A program made the position numbers and the translations under genes. A stretch of DNA of 52,130 nt, taken from contig JACPKK010000001.1 in NCBI GenBank assembly GCA_016187105.1, forward strand, positions 1-52,130, given 5' to 3'. Every line of letters starts with the position of its first letter. Within the stretch, counting starts at the first letter, position 1. This document shows, in pieces, positions 16,585-25,362 of the stretch. This stretch comes from Candidatus Curtissbacteria bacterium (GTDB taxonomy: Bacteria; Patescibacteriota; Microgenomatia; Curtissbacterales; GWA2-41-24). Below the pieces are notes generated by a model that did not search any database, was not told the origin of the DNA, and worked only from the letters and a program-made list of their open reading frames with translations.

Positions 16585-16613
16585 ATCCTACCCTAGTGGG
16601 GAGGGTATGTCAA
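16585..16613 (-). promoter_or_regulatory. Putative csoR-operon promoter (TTGACA-N17-TAGGAT), with the ATG only 9 nt after the -10
   Basis: The minus strand reads TTGACAtaccctccccactagggTAGGATagtattgtcATG. Confidence 0.45.
16589..16607. promoter_or_regulatory. CsoR-type operator (TACCCT-N7-AGGGTA around a G/C tract)
   Basis: TACCCTAGTGGGGAGGGTA sits exactly in the -35/-10 spacer. It resembles known CsoR operators (TACCC...GGGTA pseudo-palindromes). Confidence 0.55.
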
Positions 16614-16626
16614 GGGAAAGTGATTT

Positions 16627-18918
16627 TTATGGAGAGTAATCGGCCTTTAGCTTTTCAACGAAGGTTAAAGCTGTTTCCTCTTTTAAAATCGGAGACTTGG
16701 TCAATTTTTGCCTCATGAGAAAGTATTCATTCCTCGGATAATAATCTGTTATTGGCGGGCTTTTTATGAATTCTTTAAGGAGACTTTGGCGATCGCCAAT
16801 TATTTCAACGGTGATTGCATCTTTTAGATCCGTCCCAGGGGCAAGACTCATAATTTCTTTAAGGTCGGCGGCGACGATTTCATCGGATAACATCCCATCC
16901 AGTCTTTCTTTGGCAAAAGGGCCAGAAGAACCCTCTAAAAAAATGCCCCCGACGCTGCCGGTTTTTTGGATCGCCAAAACATAAGGGAAAACATCGAGGA
17001 AACTTTTAATGGCCATGGCGATTTCGTCTTTGCGGGAACCGTGATAGTAAATCCATTGGCTGACGATCCCGCCTGCGTTTAGGTGTTTGGATAAATCTTG
17101 ATAAAATTCTTTGGAGTGCAGAACCGAGGTACCGGCCGCGTTAAACGGCGGCGGCGGGTCTATAGTAACGATATCGTATTTATTACGGGTTAAGAAAGCG
17201 AAATTTCGGCCGTCGTTTACAATTATTTTCCCTTTGGGGTTATTTAATACCTCTTCGGCGTCCGGATGAAACAGGTACGTAAAGCCCGGAATAGACGGGA
17301 CAAGTTCAATGGCATCAGTTTCCAGATCATGTTTTAAGCTTGAGCGGAAAGTGGTGCCCATGCCAAAAGCAATTACCAGGACTTTCTTGGGATTTTCATG
17401 AAGCGTTATCGGGATATGGGCCATTAACCTTGTTTCGGAAACTCTGGAGGTAGTTGCAACTCCGTCAATAAACAAGCCGAGGTCATCATTTTTGTAATCG
17501 CGATAGCCAAAAACGGAAGCGACTTCGTCTTCTTGAAATTTATAGTCAAAACCGTTTATTTGCGCGGCCCCAATATTGAAATCGTTAGTCTTCCCGTAGA
17601 GACGGTGGTTTTTATAAACAACCAAATAAAAATTGGCACCTATTAAAAATAAGGCGGTTATGAGGGCGGCAGACTTTATAGAAACCAGGCTTCCTTTTTC
17701 ATAAAAAATGAAGGCCAGGGCGAGGGCGAAGTTTGCCAGGGACAAAACGGCAATTGATTGGGACGAGCCGAAAGTCGGGATTAAGAAAAAGCTGGCAATA
17801 AAGCCGCCGGCAATAGCGCCGATGGTATTGCCGAAATAACTCAAGCCGACTACTTTGCCCAGCGACTTTTCCTTGGCGAGCTGGGAGACGACAATGGGGA
17901 AAGTCAGACCCATGACGATAGTTGCCGGAAGAATCATGAAAGCAACGCGGTCGTAGGTATCGATGACAAACTTATGGGCAATTAAAACAGATAACAGGGC
18001 GAAAAAACCGATGGCAAGCTGGCAAAGGCCAAAGGCGAAACTCTGGGATTTTATGTAGCGGGAGATCTTTTCGTACAAAAGACTGCCCACGCCAATTCCG
18101 AAAATATAAATTGCCAAAACGGCGGCGAACGCATAAATAAAAGTGCCGAGAGTAGGCGTTAAGATTCTTGCCCAAAGGACTTCATAAGAGATGGCAACGA
18201 GACCGGATAAAGAAAAGGCAAGAATGACAAAAATGGTTTTTCTGGTTAGAACTTGCGAAAAATCAATTGCTAATTCTTTTTTAACTTTCGCCTTTTGATT
18301 TTTTGCCCCGACTAAATTTGCGGCAAAACCGATCATGACATTGGTGGCGACGGCGACAAGAAGAGTGTTTCGTAAGCCTAAAAATTCAATTAAAACAAAG
18401 GCGGCAATAATAACGCCGAAAACGCCGCCAAGCGTGTTTATTGCATAAAGCAAACTGACGCTTTTGGCAATTGACCTATTATGGTACTGGGCAAACTTAA
18501 TGAGGACCGGAAGGGTGGCGCCCATTAATACGGTCGGAATCAAAATAATTAGAATGGCAAGCGTGAATTTTATAAGAAGCAGGTTGAGGGTAACGGCAGA
18601 CCCGTCGGAGAAGTTAGCATAGAGATTCCTGACCGCCGGAAGAAGTATTAAGGTAGAAGCGGCAGTCAACCCGACAGCTAATTCTAAAAATGAATAAGTT
18701 TTAATGAGCTTTTTGGGAGAAAATTTGTCGGCAAATCTGCCGGCAATCAAGCTGCCAATCGCCAACCCACCCAAGAAAGCAGAGATAACAGCAACAAGCG
18801 AATTGGTAGTACTGCCAAAAATTAAAACTAGAAGCCTTGCCCAGATTATTTCATAAATCAGGCCGGCAGTACCGGAAAAGAAAAACAGGAGATAAATTAT
18901 TTTTGGCGGCAATTTCAT
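16627..18918 (-). CDS. Fused polytopic membrane domain plus spermidine-synthase-like methyltransferase-fold protein
   Basis: 763 aa. The N-terminal SGTAGLIYEIIWARLL motif starts about 12 TM segments. The C-terminal part has VLVIAFGMGTT and YDIVTIDPPPP, typical of the aminopropyltransferase fold. Confidence 0.65.
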   Translation of the reverse strand: MKLPPKIIYLLFFFSGTAGLIYEIIWARLLVLIFGSTTNSLVAVISAFLGGLAIGSLIAGRFADKFSPKKLIKTYSFLELAVGLTAASTLILLPAVRNLYANFSDGSAVTLNLLLIKFTLAILIILIPTVLMGATLPVLIKFAQYHNRSIAKSVSLLYAINTLGGVFGVIIAAFVLIEFLGLRNTLLVAVATNVMIGFAANLVGAKNQKAKVKKELAIDFSQVLTRKTIFVILAFSLSGLVAISYEVLWARILTPTLGTFIYAFAAVLAIYIFGIGVGSLLYEKISRYIKSQSFAFGLCQLAIGFFALLSVLIAHKFVIDTYDRVAFMILPATIVMGLTFPIVVSQLAKEKSLGKVVGLSYFGNTIGAIAGGFIASFFLIPTFGSSQSIAVLSLANFALALAFIFYEKGSLVSIKSAALITALFLIGANFYLVVYKNHRLYGKTNDFNIGAAQINGFDYKFQEDEVASVFGYRDYKNDDLGLFIDGVATTSRVSETRLMAHIPITLHENPKKVLVIAFGMGTTFRSSLKHDLETDAIELVPSIPGFTYLFHPDAEEVLNNPKGKIIVNDGRNFAFLTRNKYDIVTIDPPPPFNAAGTSVLHSKEFYQDLSKHLNAGGIVSQWIYYHGSRKDEIAMAIKSFLDVFPYVLAIQKTGSVGGIFLEGSSGPFAKERLDGMLSDEIVAADLKEIMSLAPGTDLKDAITVEIIGDRQSLLKEFIKSPPITDYYPRNEYFLMRQKLTKSPILKEETALTFVEKLKADYSP

Positions 18919-19005
18919 CTGGACTCGTGGAAAGAATAATAGCCGATTGGGGTAAACTGGTGCAACTCGTAAAAGAATTATTTGCCTGCTATACTCTCTC
19001 TCGTT

Positions 19006-19710
19006 ATGATTTACACAAAAGGCGGAGACGGCGGTAAAACTTCTCTTTTTGGCGGAGAGAGGGTAGATAAAAATTCCGCGAGGATTGCGGCTTACGGAAC
19101 TGTTGATGAATTGAATTCACTCGTTGGAGTAATTATTGCAGAGTCAAATGATTATTCTTCGAGCGATCCGGCGAACGGCGGAGAGTCGAGAAGGAGTTCT
19201 CGACCACGTCCGAGATCGCAAGACGAAGTCGTTTTCGGCGGACAAGCTCGAACAATATGCAACGCATGTTGTTCTCGTCCTGAGCTACGTCGAAGGGCTC
19301 GAACAATAACAGACAAACTTCTCCGTATTCAAGCCGAGCTTTTTGTGTTGGGGTCGAGCCTGGCGGTAACTGGGAATATGAAGGTAAGGATGCCAAAAAT
19401 TTCCAAAGCGTGTGTCACTCGCCTGGAGAAAGAGATTGATATTTGGGAAAAGGGCTTAACTCCTCTTAAAAATTTTATTCTGCCTGGGGGCGGGAAAACT
19501 GGAGCGAAACTTCATTTAGCGCGGGCTGTTTGCCGTCGAGCGGAAAGATTGATAGTAGATTTAGACCGCTTGGACAAGCTAAATCCGAACGTATTAGTTT
19601 ATATTAATCGCCTTTCGGACTGGTTTTTTGTGGCGGCAAGATATGCCAATAAGCTGGAAAATATTCCTGAATGGGTTTGGAAAGGGCGTAAGCAAAAGGC
19701 GAAAATCTAA
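19006..19710 (+). CDS. PduO-type ATP:cob(I)alamin adenosyltransferase, with a ~50-aa in-frame repeat insertion
   Basis: MIYTKGGDGGKTSLFGGERVDKNSARIAAYGTVDELNSLVG...LLRIQAELFVLGSSLA...FILPGG...LHLARAVCRRAER...YINRLSDWFF. I use the ATG at 19006; the track start at 18982 is a TTG. Confidence 0.85.
   Translation: MIYTKGGDGGKTSLFGGERVDKNSARIAAYGTVDELNSLVGVIIAESNDYSSSDPANGGESRRSSRPRPRSQDEVVFGGQARTICNACCSRPELRRRARTITDKLLRIQAELFVLGSSLAVTGNMKVRMPKISKACVTRLEKEIDIWEKGLTPLKNFILPGGGKTGAKLHLARAVCRRAERLIVDLDRLDKLNPNVLVYINRLSDWFFVAARYANKLENIPEWVWKGRKQKAKI
19152..19308. repeat. Composite palindromic element (type B plus PFD-type module) inserted in frame in the adenosyltransferase gene
   Basis: The hairpin TTCTTCGAGCGATCCGGCGAACGGCGGAGAGTCGAGAAG lies at 19155..19193. 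GCTCGAACAATA occurs twice. The minus strand of 19271..19300 reads GAGCCCTTCGACGTAGCTCAGGAC. Confidence 0.75.
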
Positions 19711-20390
19711 AAAGTTAGGGAGTCGATCATTTTCTGGTGGATTGCGTTGAATTTTTGTTCGTCTTTGGTTTTAGCGTAAGATAAAAGCTTTAACACTACT
19801 CCGTCTTTTAAAATTGCAAAAACGTGCTGGTATTCGGTTTTTGGCCCTTCGAGAGCTGAAAAATGGCGGTCTATCGTATACTCCACCCCCCTACTACCTC
19901 CAATTTCTAAATTTTTGATTTTGGTTACTACCGATTTAACATCCAAAGGTTCCAGAATCTCTTTGCCTGCTTGCAGATTGTAAATTTTTTCAAATTCATT
20001 TTGGTCTACTTTTTCTTTGAGAGCCGAAAACTTAATGAGGATGGCACCGGGCGTCGCCTCTTTTACTTTTGGATCGGTGGTTTGGAAATTGGCGGCGTAG
20101 TCCCCATACTCGCGGACGAACCATTCACTCGGGTATTTGACGGAGAAACCGTAAGTTTTGTTCTCGTAAGTTTTCCACTCGGGCAGAACGTTTTCTACGT
20201 CCGATTTGGGTGATTGTACGTTGGAGAACCATTTTTGCAGCGAATCGCTGTTTAAAATAACAAGTACTAGGATGGCGAGGAGAATAAGCAGTATTAGCGG
20301 TTGGGCAAATCCCCCTTTCGATAGACGGTGCCATGCGATTCTTTCGAATCTAAGACTCAAGGTCTCGATGACTCGACTTTTGGCAGGCAT
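19707..20390 (-). CDS. Membrane-anchored hypothetical protein
   Basis: 227 aa with a TM segment at about residues 30-47. The first 15 codons are repeat-derived (SRVIETLS module). Confidence 0.55.
   Translation of the reverse strand: MPAKSRVIETLSLRFERIAWHRLSKGGFAQPLILLILLAILVLVILNSDSLQKWFSNVQSPKSDVENVLPEWKTYENKTYGFSVKYPSEWFVREYGDYAANFQTTDPKVKEATPGAILIKFSALKEKVDQNEFEKIYNLQAGKEILEPLDVKSVVTKIKNLEIGGSRGVEYTIDRHFSALEGPKTEYQHVFAILKDGVVLKLLSYAKTKDEQKFNAIHQKMIDSLTF
20356..20379. repeat. 24-nt module CTCAAGGTCTCGATGACTCGACTT (encodes SRVIETLS)
   Basis: 23/24 identical to 33740..33763 in the gltX 5' end. Confidence 0.75.
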
Positions 20391-20411
20391 AACTTTATTT
20401 TAGCACAGGAA

Positions 20412-20663
20412 TTATCTATAGACATCTTTTCTGTGATCGATTGTCAAAATCCAAATAATCTTTTTTCCATAATCAAATTCATAGATTATTCTGTATCTTG
20501 AAACCCTTAATTTGTATTTACCTTTAAGCTCCCGACGCAGCGGGGCACCGGCCTTAGGATTCTGGGCAAGCCTTTTGAGTCCTTGGGCGATTGCTTTTTG
20601 ATACCGATGATCCAGCGATTTTAATTGTTTTTCGCCCTCATTTGTGAGGAGGACTTTGTACAT
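20412..20663 (-). CDS. RelE/ParE-family type II toxin
   Basis: 83 aa. KYKLRVSRYRIIYEFDYGKKIIWILTIDHRKDVY is a typical RelE/ParE C-terminus. It abuts the antitoxin stop. Confidence 0.75.
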   Translation of the reverse strand: MYKVLLTNEGEKQLKSLDHRYQKAIAQGLKRLAQNPKAGAPLRRELKGKYKLRVSRYRIIYEFDYGKKIIWILTIDHRKDVYR

Positions 20664-20935
20664 TAGGAGAGCTTGAGATCTTTCAGGACATCTTCAAGCG
20701 GTTTGACTTTACCTGCTTTAATATCTTTTTCCCCGCGGCGGATAGAGGCCATAGTGACAGGGTTGGAAAGAATTTCCAAAGTATCAATCAGGGCATCATA
20801 TTCTTCCTTACTCATGAGAACCGCCTCCGGTTTACCGTTGCGGGTGATTGTAAAGCGAGAAAACATTTTGCTTGCATCATCAATGAGCTCGGCAAACTTA
20901 TTTCTTGCTTCGGTTAAAGGAAGAACAGTATTCAT
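20663..20935 (-). CDS. Phd/YefM-family antitoxin
   Basis: MNTVLPLTEARNKFAELIDDASKMFSRFTITRNGKPEAVLMSKEEYDALIDTLEIL. The start was trimmed to ATG 20935. Confidence 0.75.
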   Translation of the reverse strand: MNTVLPLTEARNKFAELIDDASKMFSRFTITRNGKPEAVLMSKEEYDALIDTLEILSNPVTMASIRRGEKDIKAGKVKPLEDVLKDLKLS

Positions 20936-21045
20936 AATGATTAAATTGTACAGAATTCTGGCTTTTATGTCAAATGGGAGGCTATGGTAAATCCCCTTTT
21001 CATAATTTAAGTTTAGCACAGAAATTATGGCGTGTAGCGGAAGGG

Positions 21046-21699
21046 TCAAAATTGTTTTAAGGCTTCTAAATGAAAATCATTGAGCGAGGTAATGACCATG
21101 TCGGCAATTAAAAGCCTTTTATCGTCTTTCATTTTTATGTCCGGAACTGCAACACATTTCATCCTTGCCGCTTTTGCAGCCAAGACACCATTTGGCGAAT
21201 CTTCAAATGCAAGACAATTCTGGGGAGGGATGCCGAGTTTTACAGCAGTCGTGATATAGACACCCGGATGCGGTTTCCCGTATGTTTCATGTTCGGCAGA
21301 GTGTATAACCTTAAAATAATCTTTTATACCGAGCTTATCTAATACAGCGTTTATTATTTCTGTTTGAGAGGATGATGCAATTGCCATTGGCAAGCCTGCT
21401 TTTTTAAATGTTTTGACGATTGCTTCTACTCCATCTTTGGCTATGCCTTTCTCATTTACCAGCTCAATTACTTTTTCTACGATTGTTGCTTCAACTTCTT
21501 TTTGGGTAGGTGTTTTCCATGGATAGCGAGAAAACCAGTGTTGTACTACCTCGTCTACCCGCAAGCCCATGGTCTCTTTTGTCATTTCCTCTGTTAAGGG
21601 GACGCCAACCGCGCTGAAAGTAGCGAGTTCCGCTTCTTCCCAGAGAGGCTCGCTATCTATGAGAAGGCCATCCATATCAAAAATAATTGCTTTAATCAT
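21046..21699 (-). CDS. HAD-IA family sugar-phosphate phosphatase
   Basis: IIFDMDGLLIDSEPLW is motif I (DxD). Downstream S/T, K and ED motifs are present. Confidence 0.8.
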   Translation of the reverse strand: MIKAIIFDMDGLLIDSEPLWEEAELATFSAVGVPLTEEMTKETMGLRVDEVVQHWFSRYPWKTPTQKEVEATIVEKVIELVNEKGIAKDGVEAIVKTFKKAGLPMAIASSSQTEIINAVLDKLGIKDYFKVIHSAEHETYGKPHPGVYITTAVKLGIPPQNCLAFEDSPNGVLAAKAARMKCVAVPDIKMKDDKRLLIADMVITSLNDFHLEALKQF

Positions 21700-22361
21700 T
21701 TGGAGTTAAGGATTAAATATTTGCCTTCACCGACTACTTCTACTTTACTGCCCACGATTTTTATGGCCATGTTGTCGTCAAGGGCATAAATTGGCTCTTT
21801 AATGTTTTTGGCAACTTGAGCAAAGTAAGCATTGTTTGCATTTGGGAAAAAGCGCGAATTCAAGTGCGGACGAACATAGAAATTTACCAGACCTAGACCT
21901 TCGTCGCTTCCGTAGCCAAACCATTTTTCGTAATAGATTTTTTTGTCTTTGTTGCCAAGTGCGATTGTCGGATTTGTTACCATACTTCCTGCGCTTATCC
22001 CTGCGTATACTCGGGTTTTAAGTAGTTTGGGTAGAAGATCAGCAAGCCCTGACTTCTTGAGCCAATACATAAGGTGAGGAGTGACGCCGCCGGAGAAGAA
22101 GAGAATATCTACCGCTTCGAGTCTTGGTAGCCACATTTCTTTTGGAAGCGCAGAAATATCTACAATGTCGATAGACTTAAGTTTGAGCTTTTTGATATTA
22201 GAAAGATCTTCGATAAGCCAGCTTTTATCTCCTTCTTCCACATTTGCGGCTGTTGGGATGAAGGCAAGAGAGGTTTTATTAAATGGTTTGCCGACAAGAT
22301 CGGCGAGGGCTTTTTTAATGGTTTTATTGGTGATTCCGCCGGAAGTTAAAAGTAGTTTCAC
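21696..22361 (-). CDS. Peptidase E-like (S51 / class I glutamine amidotransferase-like) protein
   Basis: 221 aa. ILFFSGG and YAGISAGSMV form the nucleophile-elbow pattern. Confidence 0.55.
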   Translation of the reverse strand: MKLLLTSGGITNKTIKKALADLVGKPFNKTSLAFIPTAANVEEGDKSWLIEDLSNIKKLKLKSIDIVDISALPKEMWLPRLEAVDILFFSGGVTPHLMYWLKKSGLADLLPKLLKTRVYAGISAGSMVTNPTIALGNKDKKIYYEKWFGYGSDEGLGLVNFYVRPHLNSRFFPNANNAYFAQVAKNIKEPIYALDDNMAIKIVGSKVEVVGEGKYLILNSK

Positions 22362-22377
22362 AAGGGAAATTGTAGCA

Positions 22378-22430
22378 GATTCTGGATATACAGAGCCATG
22401 CGGCCCGAACGGGTCTAAAGCCAGAATGAC
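22378..22430 (+). repeat. TIR repeat variant (GATTCTGG-N38-CCAGAATGAC), with a core different from type A
   Basis: It has the same termini and flanks (gcaG|ATTCTGG ... CCAGAAT|GACaa) as the type A copies. Confidence 0.65.
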
Positions 22431-22491
22431 AAAGAGGAAACCCTTCGACTATGCCAAGTCTTACTTGGCTTTGCTCAGGGTGAACTAAAGT

Positions 22492-25362
22492 TCAGCTACA
22501 TTTGCTCCAGCCGCAGATGACGTTTACGCATTTTTTGCAGCCTTCGGCGTAGATTAGGGGACTGCCGCAATCGGGGCAAGATGTAAATTTGGCTTCCAGC
22601 ATTTTTTCTTCTTCGTGGATGGAGGTAATAATTAAGCCGCTTGGGTCTTGCTTGTCAACGACTGCGGGAACTTGTGTGGAAATTAAGCTGTTTAAAGTCA
22701 TCTGGGCGGTTTTACCGTTGCCTGTGTGACCATTAGTGTAGCCATTGCCCTGCCTGCCGGCAGACAGGCTATAGCCGTTGGTGTGGCCATTTGTCTCTAA
22801 ATTGACTGACGTTTGGCCATTATCGGGGGACACTGGCTCCTCGCTAATTGGCAGCTGCAGCTGTTTGGCCTTGGCGATTTCCAGGAGTGATTTACCAACA
22901 GCATCAAATGCGCTAAGGACGCTGTCCGGGCCGAGGCCATAAGGGGTTCCGCAAGAAATACCAACCAAGTCGGAAGCCACTTCTTCAAGCGTCGCGCCGT
23001 ATTTAAGGGCGCGGGAGATTAGCCTGCCGGTGACTTCGGCAGATGCGGAGATATAACCGCCGGGTTTGCCGATATTGATAAACACTTCCACCGGAACACC
23101 ATCAACATCCCGATAAACCGCCGTGTAGACCCAGCCGACGTCGGCCCTTTTTCTGACGCGCATACCCCACGCCTCGTGCGGAGTGCGGCGTTTTCCGGGA
23201 AGCTGTGGTCCGCCCGGCGGCGAGACAGACAGTCCGCTAGCTGATTCGTCCAGGCGTTTGGCGGCCAGCCCCGCACCTTGCGGGGCAAGCTGATCGTAGT
23301 ACGATTTGTCTTTTTTAACTTCCAGGACTTGTTTGACGCGGGAACCGTCGCGGTAAATGGTAATCATGTGGCCGCCTAACTCGTAAGTTAACCAGTAAGC
23401 CTCGCGGACGTCTTCAACCGTGGCTTCACTGGGGAAGTTAATGGTTTTCGAGATGCCGTTGTCGGTAAACTTTTGGAAGGCTGCTTCCATGCGCACGTGG
23501 TCGGCAGGGGCAATATCACCGGCCACGACAAAGACTTTTTTGAGCTCGGGGGGGCAAGCGGCAAGATTCTGGATCGACCCTTTGTTTTCCCCGATCTGGG
23601 CAAGAAGCTCTTCGGAATATAATTCCTGATCTTCAAGGGCCTTTGTGAAATAGGGATTGGTATTAAAAAGCCTTTTACCTTCAATGGTGTTTTTGGCAAA
23701 GGTAAGGGCAAAATGCGGCTCGATGCCGCTGGAACAATCGGCAAGAAGCGAGATCGTGCCGGTTGGGGCAATGGTGGTGCGGGCACCGTTTCTGGGGCGG
23801 ATGCCGACTTTCCCACCTTCGCCCTTTCGACTTAGCTCAAGGCTTCGGCGGGCAGGTTTGTCGTAAATTGAGCCTTTGAATGCCGGGAAGACGCCGCGGA
23901 TTTTGGCGAGGCCCTCGCTGGCACTATCCGCCTCTTCCTGCACAAACTTCATGACTTTTTCGGCTAAATCAAAGCCTTCCTTCGTGTTATAGCCGATTCC
24001 CAGCTTGACGAGCATGTCGGCCCAACCCATAACCCCAAGGCCGACGCGGCGGATTTTGGCAGTCATCTCGTCGATTTGGTAAACCGGATACTCGTTCATA
24101 TCCAGAACGTTATCCAGAAAATGAATGGCGCAATGGATTGTTTTTTTCATCGCCTGCCAATCGATTGCTTCTTCGACCCTTCGACTTTCAGCCGCGGGGT
24201 AAACAAACTTGGAAAGATTGATTGAACCTAAGGTGCAGGCGTCATACGGGTGCAGGGGCTGTTCGGCGCAAGGGTTGGTGGCCTCGATTGGCCCAAATTT
24301 AGGGACGGGATTGGCGCGGGATTTGTTGACCCGATCAATTAAGATCAGACCCGGATCGCCGTATTGCCAGGCGAGCTTGGTGATTAAATCAAAAACTCTT
24401 TTGGCATTAAGTTTGTCCATGGTCTTGCCGGTCCTGGGATTAATGAGGTCGTAACCTTCACCTTCTTCTTTGGCCCGGCAAAGTTCGTAAAGCCTGGCCA
24501 CCCCTTCGTCGACCCGGACGTTTTTGAGATCGAGGTCGCGAATAGCATAGGCTTCTTTGATTTCTGCGACAATCGGGTCAAAATCCACCTCTAGTTGAGC
24601 ATACTGGGCATCTTTGTGAACCTGCTCCATAAACCCTTCGGTAACGGTAACGGAAATATTAAAGTTTGTCAGCGAAAATTCATCGATTTTGTGGACGGCA
24701 AAACGCAGGACATCAGGATGGTTATAATGGAGAATTCCCATGTTGGCACCACGCCTGACACCGCCCTGGCGGATTTGACTGCAGACGTCGTTATAGGCCT
24801 GCATAAAGGCTACAGGGCCGGTAGATTTGCCTTTGGAAGTGCCGATCATATCATCTTTGGGGCGAAGGTGGGAGAAAGAAAAACCGGTACCGCCAGCCAT
24901 TTTGTGGATCATGGCCATGTCGGACATGGTTTTTAGGATAGAACGCATATCGTCTTCGACCGGCAGAACGAAGCAGGCCGAAAGCGATTGGCCGATTTTG
25001 CCGGAGTTGACGAGAGTGGGCGTATTAGGAATAAAGCTTTGGGTAGCCATGAGTTCATAAAACTCGCGGGCGGCTACCTGGTGAACTTTTTTTGCGCGAC
25101 TTGACTCGCGGCGAGGCAGGTAGATGGTATCGGCGGCGGCAATATAATAAGCAACGCGCCAGAAGAGATCCTTGGGAGTTTCTATGGGATTACCCTTATC
25201 ATCCCGGAAAGCATACCGCGTTTTGGCAATATAGGCGGCATTTTCGGAAAGAGCAGGCTCAAACAAATCCTTGGGGGCTTGGGGGATTTTGCGGCCGAGC
25301 TTGCGAGCCGCTTCCCGTTCATGCTGTCTTAAATCGACTTTAATTTGGTTCAACTTTTTCAT
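22492..25362 (-). CDS. nrdJ: Class II (adenosylcobalamin-dependent) ribonucleotide reductase with a C-terminal Cys4 zinc ribbon
   Basis: 956 aa. Motifs: NPCAEQPL, TIAPTGTISLLADCSSGIEP, GISKTINFP. The C-terminus reads CPDCG...CKKC. Low-complexity linker: NGHTNGYSLSAGRQGNGYTNGHTGNG. Confidence 0.9.
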   Translation of the reverse strand: MKKLNQIKVDLRQHEREAARKLGRKIPQAPKDLFEPALSENAAYIAKTRYAFRDDKGNPIETPKDLFWRVAYYIAAADTIYLPRRESSRAKKVHQVAAREFYELMATQSFIPNTPTLVNSGKIGQSLSACFVLPVEDDMRSILKTMSDMAMIHKMAGGTGFSFSHLRPKDDMIGTSKGKSTGPVAFMQAYNDVCSQIRQGGVRRGANMGILHYNHPDVLRFAVHKIDEFSLTNFNISVTVTEGFMEQVHKDAQYAQLEVDFDPIVAEIKEAYAIRDLDLKNVRVDEGVARLYELCRAKEEGEGYDLINPRTGKTMDKLNAKRVFDLITKLAWQYGDPGLILIDRVNKSRANPVPKFGPIEATNPCAEQPLHPYDACTLGSINLSKFVYPAAESRRVEEAIDWQAMKKTIHCAIHFLDNVLDMNEYPVYQIDEMTAKIRRVGLGVMGWADMLVKLGIGYNTKEGFDLAEKVMKFVQEEADSASEGLAKIRGVFPAFKGSIYDKPARRSLELSRKGEGGKVGIRPRNGARTTIAPTGTISLLADCSSGIEPHFALTFAKNTIEGKRLFNTNPYFTKALEDQELYSEELLAQIGENKGSIQNLAACPPELKKVFVVAGDIAPADHVRMEAAFQKFTDNGISKTINFPSEATVEDVREAYWLTYELGGHMITIYRDGSRVKQVLEVKKDKSYYDQLAPQGAGLAAKRLDESASGLSVSPPGGPQLPGKRRTPHEAWGMRVRKRADVGWVYTAVYRDVDGVPVEVFINIGKPGGYISASAEVTGRLISRALKYGATLEEVASDLVGISCGTPYGLGPDSVLSAFDAVGKSLLEIAKAKQLQLPISEEPVSPDNGQTSVNLETNGHTNGYSLSAGRQGNGYTNGHTGNGKTAQMTLNSLISTQVPAVVDKQDPSGLIITSIHEEEKMLEAKFTSCPDCGSPLIYAEGCKKCVNVICGWSKCS
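22748..22768. repeat. 21-bp palindrome CCCTGCCTGCCGGCAGACAGG inside nrdJ (encodes SLSAGRQG)
   Basis: One of four copies; see 25371, 41724 and 50184. Confidence 0.8.

Noticed and set aside
20412-21049. RelE/Phd pair as part of a larger defence or mobile island
   Set aside because: The flanking genes are ordinary metabolic genes (HAD phosphatase, S51 peptidase). There are no recombinase, phage or plasmid genes nearby.
22492-25362. Intein or mobile insertion explaining the 956-aa length of NrdJ
   Set aside because: There are no intein blocks (no Cys/Ser...HN-Cys junction pattern). The extra length comes from a low-complexity Asn/Gly/His linker plus a C-terminal zinc ribbon.
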